From Takakia lepidozioides (Eukaryota > Plantae > Bryophyta), in contig CM060731.1 in assembly GCA_030704615.1 (NCBI GenBank), positions 95,108,001 through 95,172,000 of the forward strand: 64,000 nucleotides of DNA, written 5' to 3'. The notes under the pieces are model-generated. The model had not been told where the DNA came from, searched no databases, and worked only from the letters and a program-made list of their open reading frames with translations. The position numbers and the translations under genes are program-made. This document shows, in pieces, positions 11,530 to 24,600 of this stretch. Each line of letters opens with the position of its first letter. Positions within the stretch are counted from its first letter, which is position 1.

Positions 11530-14500
11530 CTAGACAGTACCAATGGTTGGAACGGTACCCCCCTCATCCCAGTCAGCTACCACTTGACAAGGTTCAAAAA
11601 ACTCATGACAGAGGGCTTCAGCAGCATCGATCCGAATGTTGGGGTCTACCTGCAGACACTTTTCCAGAAGATCGAAGAGGGATGCAGGAAGCCTTTCTAT
11701 CATTTCAATTCTCCTGGCATGGCTGCTGCACCACTCCTTAACTGTGACGGGCATTTGACACAATGCTTGGAACCCCTACATTACAACAGTATATATCCAC
11801 CCCAAATGTTAGCAGTAGATCCACGAGCATGAGATTCCTCTTAGGCATGAAAGATGCTGTAATTGACGCAACTGCTGTAAGAGGGTTGCAATCTCATGGG
11901 GACTTACATTAAATAGTCCCTGTTAGTGGATGAGCCACAAACACTGGCTCTTGTATTGACAAGAAACAAGTGACACAACCGTAGCAAGATTTGTAGCTGC
12001 ATCAATGCCATAAGCTCCCATATGGCTTAGCAAATGTTGAATTGAAGCCCAAATCAATGATGAGAGCACCCATTAATGACCTTGTGAGTCCTCTTGAGCC
12101 TTACTACTGTGGCGTGTGACATTTTGATGAAGAATAAGTTCAAGCTTGAAGCCCCGTGTTAGCAGCAATATACTAAACATACATTCTTTGTTATCTCTTC
12201 ATAGAATCATAGGTTGTCAGAACATATTTGAGAGAGTATAATTTTATCCCGTATGACATTACCAACCTTTCTGTGACTGCTATTTCTCTGTTCTGATGTT
12301 GATCCTTATTGATTGGTGGCATTACAACAATGAACTGTATTGCCATCTTTGAGTTTAACAGGATTCTTGCAGATGAAGAGTACCAGAGGAAGTTTGTGGA
12401 AGCAATTATGCTCTTTAGCCAGCTTCACCAGATATTTGGCACCCCGCAGTTTGGCAATGTCCCTCAATGCTCTGCACATACATGCCCCATTCCCACATTA
12501 CTGCCTCAGTCCCCACCTCCAAAGGATCTTTGTTCATACTATGAACACCATAGAGATGGCCAGCAAACATGGACAAGGCATTGCCAAATCAGAGGTTAAA
12601 GTGCTTATTTGATCAGTTGTTACACATCCTTCACCCTCCTCTTCTCTGACTATGTATGTGTATCTAGAAACAAACAAACCTACCTGCCTGCACGCACGTC
12701 CCTTATAACAAGAGAAGGTGGTTAAGAACACGATGGCAGGAGAAGAGATGAGGGGACATACTGTTCACTGGTGCTCGATGGGAAGGGAGCTCTGCCTGCA
12801 ACCAGCTGCAGCAGACTCACGCCAGCAGACCAGATATCCAGTTTTGTGCTTTGCATATTGGATTTTAGTAGCACCTGATTTCAGCCCAGAAGTACACTTC
12901 CCACCGTGAGTAGCATACATTAATGGCTCCTAGATATGTCTCTCACTTTTCCCCTCATTCATGATTGATGAAAGTATTGCCAAGTGTTTTTTAATGGGAC
13001 ATTTGAACCAAACCAAGTAAAGCTAGTATAAGGAGGATAGCAAACCTCAGGCGCCCGATAGCCCTTAGTCCCCGCACAAGGCCCATCTTTTGGCAGGTTA
13101 CGACGCATCCCTGCAAATTATGCAATCTGAATCAAGAAACAGCTAACAAAAGATTCTGTAGTCTGAGCTGCACAAGGAATTGCCATACTGCCCACACAAA
13201 GACAACATGTAAATCGGCCATAAAGAGGTTGGTTTCCAGAGAGCACTCAAAAAAAAACTTCCAAAGACATTCACGGAATCAAAGGTTATTTTCATCTTTA
13301 TTGACTATATCAATCAGAAGAAAACCAACAATTGACTTGTTCGATGCAAACTGAATACGTGTGTCTGAAGCATTTTCAGTGCCGGTTGGTACATGAGCAT
13401 GGGAAACAGGCTTTGCTTGCCCACAAGTACTCCCGTGCAACATCTGGTGACTACTGCAACAATATACAGCAAGTTGAGTAGAGCCAATGTCAACTGATAT
13501 CCATCCCCAGTAGGATACGCTACCTTTGCTATGAGGCTTGGGAGGAGAGACTGGCAGTCTGGTGGCCCCCCGGTTCTTGTGCTGCAAGGCAGCTACACGC
13601 TTGCGTTGTGAGGCAGGTGGATTACTAGGGGGGGTGGGGGTGGTGGTTGCTCGATTCAAGGCCTCGGTTCGCTGCTTGAGGAACTGTGCATAGCGAAGCA
13701 CACCAAGTGTTGGAGGCATCCAGGCCAGCTCCCCAAGGACCGACTGTGATACAGGTCCTCCATCCTGCTCCCTTGAAGGCGTCTGTTAAACCCAAAAGGT
13801 TGCCTGATTTTCAGATACTTGATAGACCTTCCCAAAATGAGGTGAAAATGCATGAGACATGTTTACATTTTCTAAGTTAAGGAGTAGGTACGTCCAGCCC
13901 CTGGAAACCTCTTGCATTTAAGTAGGCATTTAAATAAGCATTTACCCTTCAAAGTACGCCCTTATACACACTAGAAGACAGTCATGCACATACTGCAGGT
14001 TTGAAAGAATGTCGGTTCCCACAGAGCCCAGAAGAGGGAGCGCAAGCATCTGTAACCACTGTTGCCTTGGAGCTGGAATCTGCAGCTATAGACCTCTTCC
14101 TGCTGCCCTCTTCAATTGTTGGAGCAATTCCTCCTTTGATCCTGGGTTTCCAAGAGGTGGTTGGCTGGAGAGTCTGTTGAGAGGACACACTAGCATAGTG
14201 GCTCCCTCCAGCTGGTAAGGCTTCCCTGCTTGAAGAGGTGGAATGAGATCAGATCCACAACCCAAACAGGCCGTCCATAGTTGGAGCACAGTTGGGCTGT
14301 TGTGCATGTTGCCGTCGTCAAGGGGCTTCACCCATGACAGTTTTAGTGTATCTTTGCAAACCAGATGGACGAAAGCAGATGACATTTAAGTAGTGCTACA
14401 AACAGGACCTGTTGAAGCAGCAAAATAATGTGGCATTTCCAATCATCTGCCAAAACGATAAACAGTCTGTACCTTGAGGCACTGACACCCATTGATGGTC

Positions 14501-17500
14501 TGTGGTTGGAATGACGTGGACCTCCAACATCAGTTATGGATGGAGTAGGCAAGCACGGGTCTTTCAAGGTCTGCTGGCGTTTAGAGATGGTAACAGCATT
14601 CTCGTCTTTGCGTGCACGCTTGCCTAGCATTTGATTTGCAGAGACTGAACCTGGTTCTCTGTTTGCTACACCTTTAGCAGATTTGGAACCCAGTTTTCTG
14701 GCTTTCACTGCATAACACACAAAGTGCACATTACATCCTTCAGTTCTGATCTTATCCCTGCGCCTGTGTATGGACCAGAGCATTATTCTGCTTAATGATC
14801 AGCAACATCTTATTAACGAGCAGATGAGGTATAAGGGCATCAAAGAAGAGCTCACCTGCAATGGGCAGAAACGCTTGATTAAGCTGCATACATTTCAAAC
14901 CCAAATGAGGAAGAAAACAGTCGTGTGTTAGAAGAATGTTGGTTACTGATTACACATTGATAGCAGGGACAACAATGAGACTCGCTCGACAGACACCCTC
15001 CAGATATATAGGAAACTCACATTGTTAGAAGTCCGTGCTACTCTAACCTCCAGATGCATTAATAGTTCTGAAAATAAGTTCTCATGATACAGTTGTGAAG
15101 ACGCAAACCCAAAGCAATCCAGAATTAACGAAAACAATTTGACTTAGGGCAAGATGAACCTAGTATGCCGTTCAGCTCTTAATATCATGGAGGACCACTT
15201 ACTAGTGCCAGGTTGAAGTCAACCAAGTATCCAGTGCGACGTTTGCGAGAGAAGAGAAAATTGCCTGGCTTTACATCCCGATGCATAATTCCCTGCAAAG
15301 TTGCAAAGGCAACAACAAACAGTCATGAACTATTGTAGAACACAATGCCAGGAAGTGCGGAACATGGCAGAGGACGCACAAAACTCACCTGCTTGTGGAG
15401 ATATGCAAGTGCCTTGAAGAGGCAGTAGCCATACCACTGGAGTTCTTGAACAGTAATTTCTTTCCTCAAAATCTGCACCGAGAACCACCAAATTTGAGGC
15501 ATAATATGTAACACAGGGTATAGAGAGGGAAAGTAGTCGACAGCTGAACTTCAAGGCCAAGGAAGCCATGCAGGATAACTACACTCCCCTATATTCGTCC
15601 AGGGCAAAAAGCAGATTTGCTCACTGAGTAGGGTGGTAACGAGGACCCAGCAGTATGATGGTCTAGAGGAAGAAAAAAACAAAGTAGAACAACAAGAAAC
15701 CACTTCAGAAAACATCAAACCATGAGCAAAGGCCAAGTGCCTCATGCAGGTAGCATTCCAGGCACTTCAGAAAGAAAGAAAGAAACTCTATAACGTCAAC
15801 AAGAAGCTCAAAATAGCTTATGGGACAAAAGAACAAAGGAGACTTTCTAACGTCCAGAGGTCCACAAGGGCCCGTGGAGAGAAGAGGAGAGAAATGTATG
15901 CAGTGGTAACAGGGCAAATGTGACAGACCTCGGGCTTATCATGCTCTATGTACTGAAGAACCAGATTGGGGCGCTGGTTCTCTGTCTCAGCCCCAACTTC
16001 CATCTGGACATTGTGGTCCTCTTGTATCACACCTTCACACCTTGTCACATACTCCTTGCCTCTGTATCCATCCACCACATGCTGACACCTTTATTAACCC
16101 AACAAGCTTGGCTAAAGTAACCCACATAGATAGCCATTGCTCTGACTTGCTGAGCCCAACTTGGCTACAGATCTTTCATTTTCCCCCCTTCATGTGTCAA
16201 TCAGAAGTTCCAATCAACTGGCTCCGGCTGGAGTCAGGGGCCGGTGACATTCCTTCCCCTTCTCACTGTGTGTCCCTGCATGTGCTTGCTTAAAACTGTA
16301 GTTCTGTGTTCATGGAAACAGATGCAAACAGCCTGATATTTCCTCTTAGAAAGGCTACTGCATGCCTACCCTCAGTGTACATAGACTACCCTCCTTATCA
16401 GTAATTGGCATTCCTTCCCACTATCCTTCATTTGTATCCTTCCTTAGACTGAATCCAGCAGTGGTGCAAAGCCAAACTTACCATCTCTTCACACAAAGGA
16501 AACAACCCCCGGTCCCCTTCACTCTTTCTACTACTGGCATAAGAATCATCTAAGAAACAGACCAGCAGAACTTCATCAGCAGTTGTACTCGTTCCAGAGT
16601 ACTTAAGCATATTCATGACCTCCTACTGCAATTCAGAGTGTCGTGTCCTCTCCCATGATTCATCAATCCAACAGACAGACCTCTGGCCTCACTTCCTCTC
16701 TACCACAGGTCTGGTCTGAAAACCAGTCATCTTCATTCCACTTTCCAAAACTCTTTCTTTCCCTAGTTCGATCACGGAATCCTCTCTATCCTCATTGGCT
16801 GGAGATTACGGGAGGGAAATTGAAAGTGAAGAACATTTGTTCTATCACAGTGAGATCCCTGGGAGATACTATAGTATATTCCAAGATAGCCAATCTCTAA
16901 CAGAGGTGTTCCAGTTAGAGGAGAAATGCTTAGCAGCATATCTGCATGAGGCCTTGACTCTCAGACAATCCCTTGATCACTAGTTGTTTTCGGGCTGCTT
17001 GTGGAGGGCTCCACTCGCTTGTTTCATGCTTTCTCTTGTCCAACAAGCTCTTTGAGCTTCCCACGGACATCATAGAGTATCATTTCATTTGTCTTCAATA
17101 CAACATGAGAGTGTAAGCCTACCGCTCAGACGAGCATATAGAGGGTTCACTTCAAACGTACACTACAGTGTATTCAAAATCAGCGGTGAGGAGGGAAGTG
17201 TCTTCTGACCCAATTTTTTGGAGCATGTCAATTTCATGGTTGACATAGTCTAGAGTGGTCTTCTCCAAAGGACCTGCATAGTGTACCATAATCCTTGTGA
17301 GTAATAAATCACTTGCAGAGTTCTCTTATGTTGCAAATGTTTTGTAGCATACATGTTCAAAAGCTGAGGCTCTGGTTGCTTCGCTGCCATACAGTTGTGC
17401 AAAGAGATGCTGTTTCATTTTTTTCAAAGTAAACAAGGAGAGGAAGATTGTGAAAGTGCAAGGGAACCTACACTTGATGGCAAATAGTTGCCCATCCAAT

Positions 17501-18590
17501 TTCCGTTTTACTCTATATACAGTTCCATAACCCCCTGCATTCAATGTAACTTGGATCAGAAAACATCTCACATTCGACCAGAAATGAGCTTCACTAATCT
17601 GCACTGGCAGAGCACCCACCAGGTCGATACCATCAGTCAGTCAAAGACTAGCGAAGCCAAAAAAAAATGTCACATGCAGCTTGCGGTTTGTTAGCGGATT
17701 GCGGGACCACAGCGATAGGAAGCATACCGGACCCTTCCTCTCCCTCTACCACGTAGTCCTTGAACACAGGGATGCGCTTTGGTTCAGACGGTTTCTGTAT
17801 AGGAGCACACAGCAAATGTAAAAAGTCAACCTTACAGGCGTGACCTGCAACTATCAGATCCGGGCTTCCCGATTTCTAGCCAACAAGACATCCCCTGCAG
17901 CAGCAATTTTGCCCTCTCCATCTTTCCATTCCCCTCCCTGCTTCCAGTCTCTCCCTTCAGCCGCCTCCCCCCTCCCCATATGATCACCCCACACACACCT
18001 TTCCCCCATCCTCTATGTATGTACGGAAATGGGAGTAATCATAATGCGTGCACAGCTTCAAGAAAGGAAACAAAATTTCTGAAGACTGGCACCAGACACC
18101 TGAATGAAAGATTACACACCTGTTTGCTTTCCAATCCTTCAATAACATTATCTTTCCCTGTAGTTCCTTGCACAGCAGCACCCCCCGAAGGACTTCTCAA
18201 TAGGGAAGAAGTTGCAACAAAAGTCGGGAGAGCTGCGTGGGGGTCGCAAGGGGAGACTGTGCCTGCCTTCACAATCCGAAAAACCTCAAGACTTGATCGC
18301 AAACCGTGCAAGAAGGTGTGAGTAACACCGACCAATCCATCCTCCACGAGGCATAGTGGTGAGTTTGGTAAAGTACACAAAGATTCTATTTCTGTTGACG
18401 TCACTTGGAAAAGCTGGCATGTTTTTCGAAGTTCTTCGAAGCCACAGGCACTGCCTACTCTAAGGACCAGAGTTGCCAAAAACGTAGCCTGTTGGTCCAA
18501 TTCTATTTGGAACTCCTCTTGCTGTCCTTGACCCAAGACTGTTCCTACTCCACCCTTCCCATTGCATGTCAGTTTCCCAAGATCTTCCAT
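11530..18590 (-). CDS. CDC7: Cell division control protein 7 kinase, multi-exon
   Basis: Exons give EEGSGGYGTVY, FAIKCP, VNHEIDML, QYIEHDKPEILRKEITVQELQWYGYCLFKALAYLHKQGIMHRDVKPGNFLF, YLVDFNLAL, a long kinase insert, GPCAGTKGYRAPEVLL, DIWSAGV and LFDLLEKCLQVDPNIRIDAAEALCHEFF. N-terminus is plant CDC7-type. Exact insert exons not fully resolved. Confidence 0.93.
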
Positions 18591-20101
18591 TTGTTCCTCT
18601 AGCTGATTTCTATAGGAATCTTTTTGCTATTCCCATGCCAACAACTTCAAGTCCTTTCAGGTCCTCTGAGACTACCATATTCAGAATTCGGACACCACCA
18701 ACATGAAACCATCGCCTGACATGCAGCTGAGAACCAAATCTTCAATTCATTCCATCCCAATTCATTCTATCCCAGACGCGTCCGAGAAACACCTCGAGAT
18801 TGCCGCGCCACCTTACAGCATATCATGCCTTCAAACTCCACCTCTGTCGCAGGCCGCTCCTCTCACAGCACCACTCAGCGATCGTGCATTGCGGAATTAA
18901 CTTCCCCTCTTGCAGTTACTTACAAAAAGAAGATCTGTGATTGTCGAACCCAACGCAAACCTAAAAGATCGAGAGCAAGAAGCTGCTGACAAGAAAGAGC
19001 AGGCACCCTGTTGGGCAGGAGCATGCCCACATACGGCTCGGCCTGCGCTGCTTAGTAACCGTCCCCGTCTCGCTCGCGCATTCTAGGCATCTGCAGAAGC
19101 TGGCAGTTTGCGCGCGCACACTCAAATTGCGCGGGAATTCACTGACCACAGGTTTTTTTTTTTTTTAAATTTTTTTTTTTAAATTTAAGAAAGGGACAGA
19201 AGCCTTGTGAGGCTAGATTCCGGGCCCGGGATATATTCCCCTTTTTGTCCGGTATTACCAGTATGAGGGTTGTAGCACAGTAGGGCAGTGACTCGCTTGA
19301 TAGGACAAAACCTTGTACAACGATTAACCTTACTTTCACACTTTCATCCAAACACCACAAAGGTACACCGTACAAGATCTGTAACCAAAATCCACCACCC
19401 CGATTTCTTGAGTGCTTTGATTTATATAGTACTTAGGCATATAATCCTATCCAGCCAAACGGCCATCATTCATTGGCTGGCCAGATGCCATCCCAACTAG
19501 GCCACCTCATCTAATCTAATCCTAATCTAACTGTTAACTAAAGACAATATCAACTTAATATAGCTAGTTGTACCGGCACCTAATGCGTAACGGCTACTCT
19601 GCCACCATCCATCCAGGATTAACTGAGTTTTATCCATCGCATCATTCGTTACTTTGAATGAGCGTCACCATCCTGCTCCATCCACTATTTCATTCATCCA
19701 TGCCCAAAAGCAAGCAGGTCTGAATCTCCACATCATATATGTGAGGCTTGCTAGCCCCTCAAGCCAAGCGAACTCCAGCGAGCTACAAAGGAAAAGAGAA
19801 CAGGGAAATATGACAAAACTAGACAAAAAAAAAACTAGGCATCCGAGCAGGCTTGGGATGAAAAAACCAAATGAACAAAACCTTGCCCTGCAAGGTGGGC
19901 GAAGGACAAAAGATTAATTTGGAAAAACCCCAATCCTGGTACAATGTGATGCCATCACTAGCACGAAACAACAAACGAATGCTAACTATGGCTCAGTGCT
20001 GACAGATTGCAGGCGAGAGAGGGCAACCCGAGTTGGAGTATAAATCACCTGTCTATTTTCCACATTCAAACATATCAAGTCAAACGTTAGAGTGCAGGGA
20101 A

Positions 20102-20912
20102 CTAACAAAAACACATGAACCGAATAGCCAGATTAGGAGTTGAAGAGTGCTGTGGAAGAAGCACATACTGTCTACCTGGAAGAATTTCAGTGATGAGGTA
20201 AGGGTCATCGATGCGGCGTTTAGCCTTAGAAACTTGCTTCCCTGATTGTAATCTGATACAAACAAATTGCCCTAGTTTAAAATACTCAGAATAAACAACC
20301 TTACGGTTGTAATACTTGGCCTGAGATGTCTGTGCAAACTGGATGTTGGACTTGGCAGTCTCTCGGAGCTGCTGGCGTTTAACATCCATAGTAAAAAAAA
20401 ATTGCTCCCAGTTTTCAGGCTCAGTAGCCGACACATGCAACCAAGAGATATGCAAAGGGGACCGGTACTTCCTGCCATACAACAGCTCAAAAGGGGATAA
20501 CTTAGTACTAGCATGAATAGAAGTGCGATAAACAAACAACTGAACTGGAACAGCCATGTCCCACTCGTCGATTAAAGTCCCATTTTTCTCCAACACCCTA
20601 CACATGGTTTGATTAAAATATTCAGTCAAGCCATTGCACTGGGGGTTATAGGGAGCAGTCACCGCATGAATAGTATTTAGATTGAACAAGACAATTTCCA
20701 TGAGCTGGTTGCAAAACTCGGTACCTTGATCCGTGAGGATCTCAAGTGGACAACATCAGGTAATTCGGGCTACAACAAGGTAAGCATGGCCCTTGGACGT
20801 GGGTTTGAGGGGTCCAACTAAATCTAAGCCCATCCTTGCAAAAGGTTTAGTAATAGGAATAGGCTGTAATGGTAATGGAGCTTCGGTTCTAGGCAGGATG
20901 GTCTTAGCATGA
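20102..20912 (-). pseudogene. Gypsy/Ginger-type integrase, catalytic core and C-terminal part (3' half, split by E1)
   Basis: PFARMGLDLVGPL (D1), ILTDQGTEF (D2), APYNPQCNGLTEYFNQT (E), SPFELLYGR and DPYLITE (GPY-like). Internal deletion or frameshift near 20756. Confidence 0.85.
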
Positions 20913-21664
20913 GGGGGTTGCAAATCCATGAGCATGAGCGGTGAGCGCATGAGCATGAGCAGAGTTTCCCGACCCTCGCCCGAACCTACACCAAACCTAC
21001 TCGAAGGTGGAGGTCGGGAATCAAAACTGCCGACTTAATGCATAGTGGTAACACTCCACGGAAATAGAAGGTAGAACGTCTATCACCGTGGGTTGCAGGT
21101 GAGTTGTTGTAGTCGCCACCGACTATAGCACCACCCTCAAAATGTGCAAGTCCATACGGCAATGTTAGGTGTTATGGTCGCCACCGACTATATCATCCCC
21201 AGTGAAAGCTGGACCCAAGCTAGACCTGTTGTGTCTATAACTACATAGTTGAAAGCTACTTGTTCTTGAAATAGACACTGTTGAAGCGTGACTGTCTGTG
21301 AGGGAATGAGTGTGCACATGGGCATAAGTTTAATATTTGGGCATTGCGGCTAGCATGTCATGGCAAGGGTCTTCACATCAATCAGCAGAGTAGTAACATG
21401 TTTCATTTGGATATTTGTGACTGGCAATTTATGACTTCAGCAGACTAGGCTCAGCACTCCAGCAATTCCAAACCAGGGGAATGTGAAGGGTTGGAGGATG
21501 GCGAGGATGTGAAGATCATGCAATTAAGAAGACTGAACATCCACATTGAAGTAAAATTTTGCGCAACATTCAATTATACCCATATCACTGTACGATATTT
21601 TCCAAATGATTCAACGCATCAGAGAAACCCCTTTGTGTTTACATTCAAAGAAAAGCAAATGCAA

Positions 21665-24600
21665 CTATGTAACATTCGGACTACCAGGGTCCTCACCATG
21701 CTCCGACGCTATGTCCTGCAACACCCCAGAAACTACTGTTGCGGGGGAGGGACCCGGTAGCAAGTCGAGGCCAAGTCTTAAACTGATCTTTGGGCTAGGA
21801 GTCCTCTCCTCACCAATGACCTCGTCAACACACTCTTCGTCGGAGCCTTCCTCGGTCGTTGGATCCTCGCTTTCCGATCCCTCTTCTGCAGAATTATCAA
21901 AATAGTTCTGTATCGTAGAAAATTGAGCAGCAGCCCTCACCTGTGCTGGCCATTGTGCCTGCTGAGACATTCCTGTCCACGGTTGCTCAGCCTGAGCCTG
22001 CGCTTCTGCTGCCGCATAGGGAGGCAAGTCGTACCCTTTCTCCGGAGTAGTTAGAGCTGCAACATGTTCAAGCACTTTCTCTTCTCCCTACCAACGTCCT
22101 CCCTCCCGGTATCCGTGGAAGACCCTAGAATCCCCATGATGGCCTCAGCGGGACGCTTTGCAATCTGCAAGGGCGGCTCGTAACTGCAATTACGACATAA
22201 CATATTAGATCAAATTTTGCATGAATGATGATTTGAGGAAATGAGAACATTCAGAACATGCTAACAATGAAGACACTTACATAGAAGTTGGACTTACTCA
22301 CTCCAGCGATTGTACGTGAATCTGAATGTCATCCCTTTCGTCGTTCAATCAGTCAGTGTCGGCAGCTGTGTTAGCAACAACGGTGGCCGTAGGTGCCTGC
22401 CGTTGCAATCTCCCTAGCCTCTCTCGCAGTAGCTCGTCGTCCCCTTCCAAGGCGAGCAGATGTCTTCCGCAAATTGTTGCAGCCACCATGGAGGACCCGC
22501 ATCCCGCTGTCAGATCGAGTACTGTTCCCCCTTCTGGTGAACACATCTCCATGAAGGATTGCATGAGCTTGGGGCTTTTCTCACGTGCCCCGCGGAAGAA
22601 GGTGTCATCTTGTCGTTTGTGGAGTCTATCCTCCCTGACCATGTTTCTCACCACATCCTCAGTGACATTGTTGTGGTCGGTGTCAAGCTTTGCAGCTATC
22701 TCCCACAAGTTGAAATTGACGTCCATGCCCCTCAGTAGGCAAAATGCATAGAAAATCACAGTCTGCCATTACAAATTTGAGGAGGAACCCCGTCAGATCG
22801 GTATTATGTAAGAGAAGACGTACAACATTCTATAAAGGTTGTGTTTCAAGAAACCTAATGGACTTTGTAGCTGCACAATTCTAAAATGAGTTGTGGTAGT
22901 CGTTACAGACTATAACGTCGAAACCACACAATTTTGGTTGATAGTCGGCACTGACCATGATCCGAACAAATCCGACCAAATCGGTACCGACCAAATCCGA
23001 CGATCCGGCACTTAATGACTAACTAACAAGACACACCATTCTAATAGTCGGTGCCGACTATAAATATTAACGTGGGTGCACTGAGAAATAGTCGGTGCCG
23101 ACTATGCAAAGACAGTATGCGAGCCGAAACATAGTCTGCACCGACTATATATCTGTAGACAACCCATAACTAACACAATGGATATTTGACGACTATTAAA
23201 TACATTTTTAAAAGAATGTCGATGAAGATGTGGTACATGTGATGAAAAGTTGAAAGTGCTCAACAAACAATATAAGCAGTTTAGGCAGTTTGAACTCACC
23301 TGTGGCTGCCTTGGCTCTCCAGATTGAAGTGGTAGCCGATTGAGGCAAGTCAACTTTCTCTTGATAACTTTGAAGGGCCCCGCTGGGCCCACACATCTCC
23401 GAATTTCCACCTCTGTCTTAGCATCACCCTTGCAGAAAATAACAAGGCAGCCGTCGTCAGGGATGCTGCCAGTGCCAGTGCATGCGGGACGGTATCCTTT
23501 GATTTTGCATTCCAAGCGGCACAATGTCATCTATGCCACATCCTCTCGTAGACTGTCCATCTGGGAGATCCACCATTACAAGGTCTGCCCCCGCTTTAGG
23601 GACTGTGTCACCCCTACGCAAAGGCTCGGGGGAGCGGTGCCTCTCCAGAAACGCGTTGATATCTCCCCTAGGCTCTGGCCACTTACTCGTTGTTCCTTTG
23701 GATGCAACTGCAGCCTCCTCGGCACCCTCTTCCGTCAATGGCTCTATGTGAGTTGGTGCTGTCAGTTCGTTCTTGGTGTACTTCTTGTACGCTTCCAGTT
23801 CAACATCAAGAATGATATTGGGTGGCAAGTCCAGCCACCAGTAGCAGGGCAGATGTGTGACTTTCACGTACTCGCCCAACTGCCTGCCGTTGTACATTGT
23901 GCAGTCTGATCGGAGGCTGGCCCACTGTGTGACACTGGCGGGAATACACCTGATATGTTTGTTGGCGAACAAATAAAAGTTTATGTACCTGTTGCAGTGC
24001 ACCAAAAGTCGACGTCAGGACACATTGGCTTGATTGTAATGAAAAGTGTAGGGTATGAAAACCAAACCTTTTTGTCTCTTACCAGGTGCAGTAGTCGGCA
24101 CCGACTATGACACCAAATAGTGCGAAGGCAGTGTCATAGTCGGTGGCGACTACGACTCCAAACTGTTGGTTAGCCAGCCACCGAGCGGGGCAATACCGGA
24201 ATATGGGTGTACATTATACGGCATGGCTTCGAAGGACCCACCACATAGTCGTTGCCGACTATGGAATTGAGTTAGTTTTTAATTTGCGGGCAGTAGTCAC
24301 GGCCCACTTGCAATAGTCGGCAGCGACTATGAACCCCTAAGGGGCAAAACCCGTGTCATAGTCGGTGGCGACTATGACCAGGGCAACTTTGGCCACGACA
24401 GGGCTGGCTTACTATAGTCATTGCCGACTATACCCAATGGCTACCCTATACCCAATACCCTATATCCTACCCTATACCCAATGGCTACCCTATACCCAAT
24501 GGCGCCTTCCTTTAGTCGTTGCCGACTATGAGTACAATGTATGAGCCCAGTAGTCGGCGCCGACCACGAGCAACAACACTACTGCCGACTACCGGAATGT

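Noticed and set aside
19206-20050. Candidate LTR of the integrase-bearing element (starts TGTGAGGCT)
   Set aside because: No second copy, PPT or TSD is identifiable in the window.
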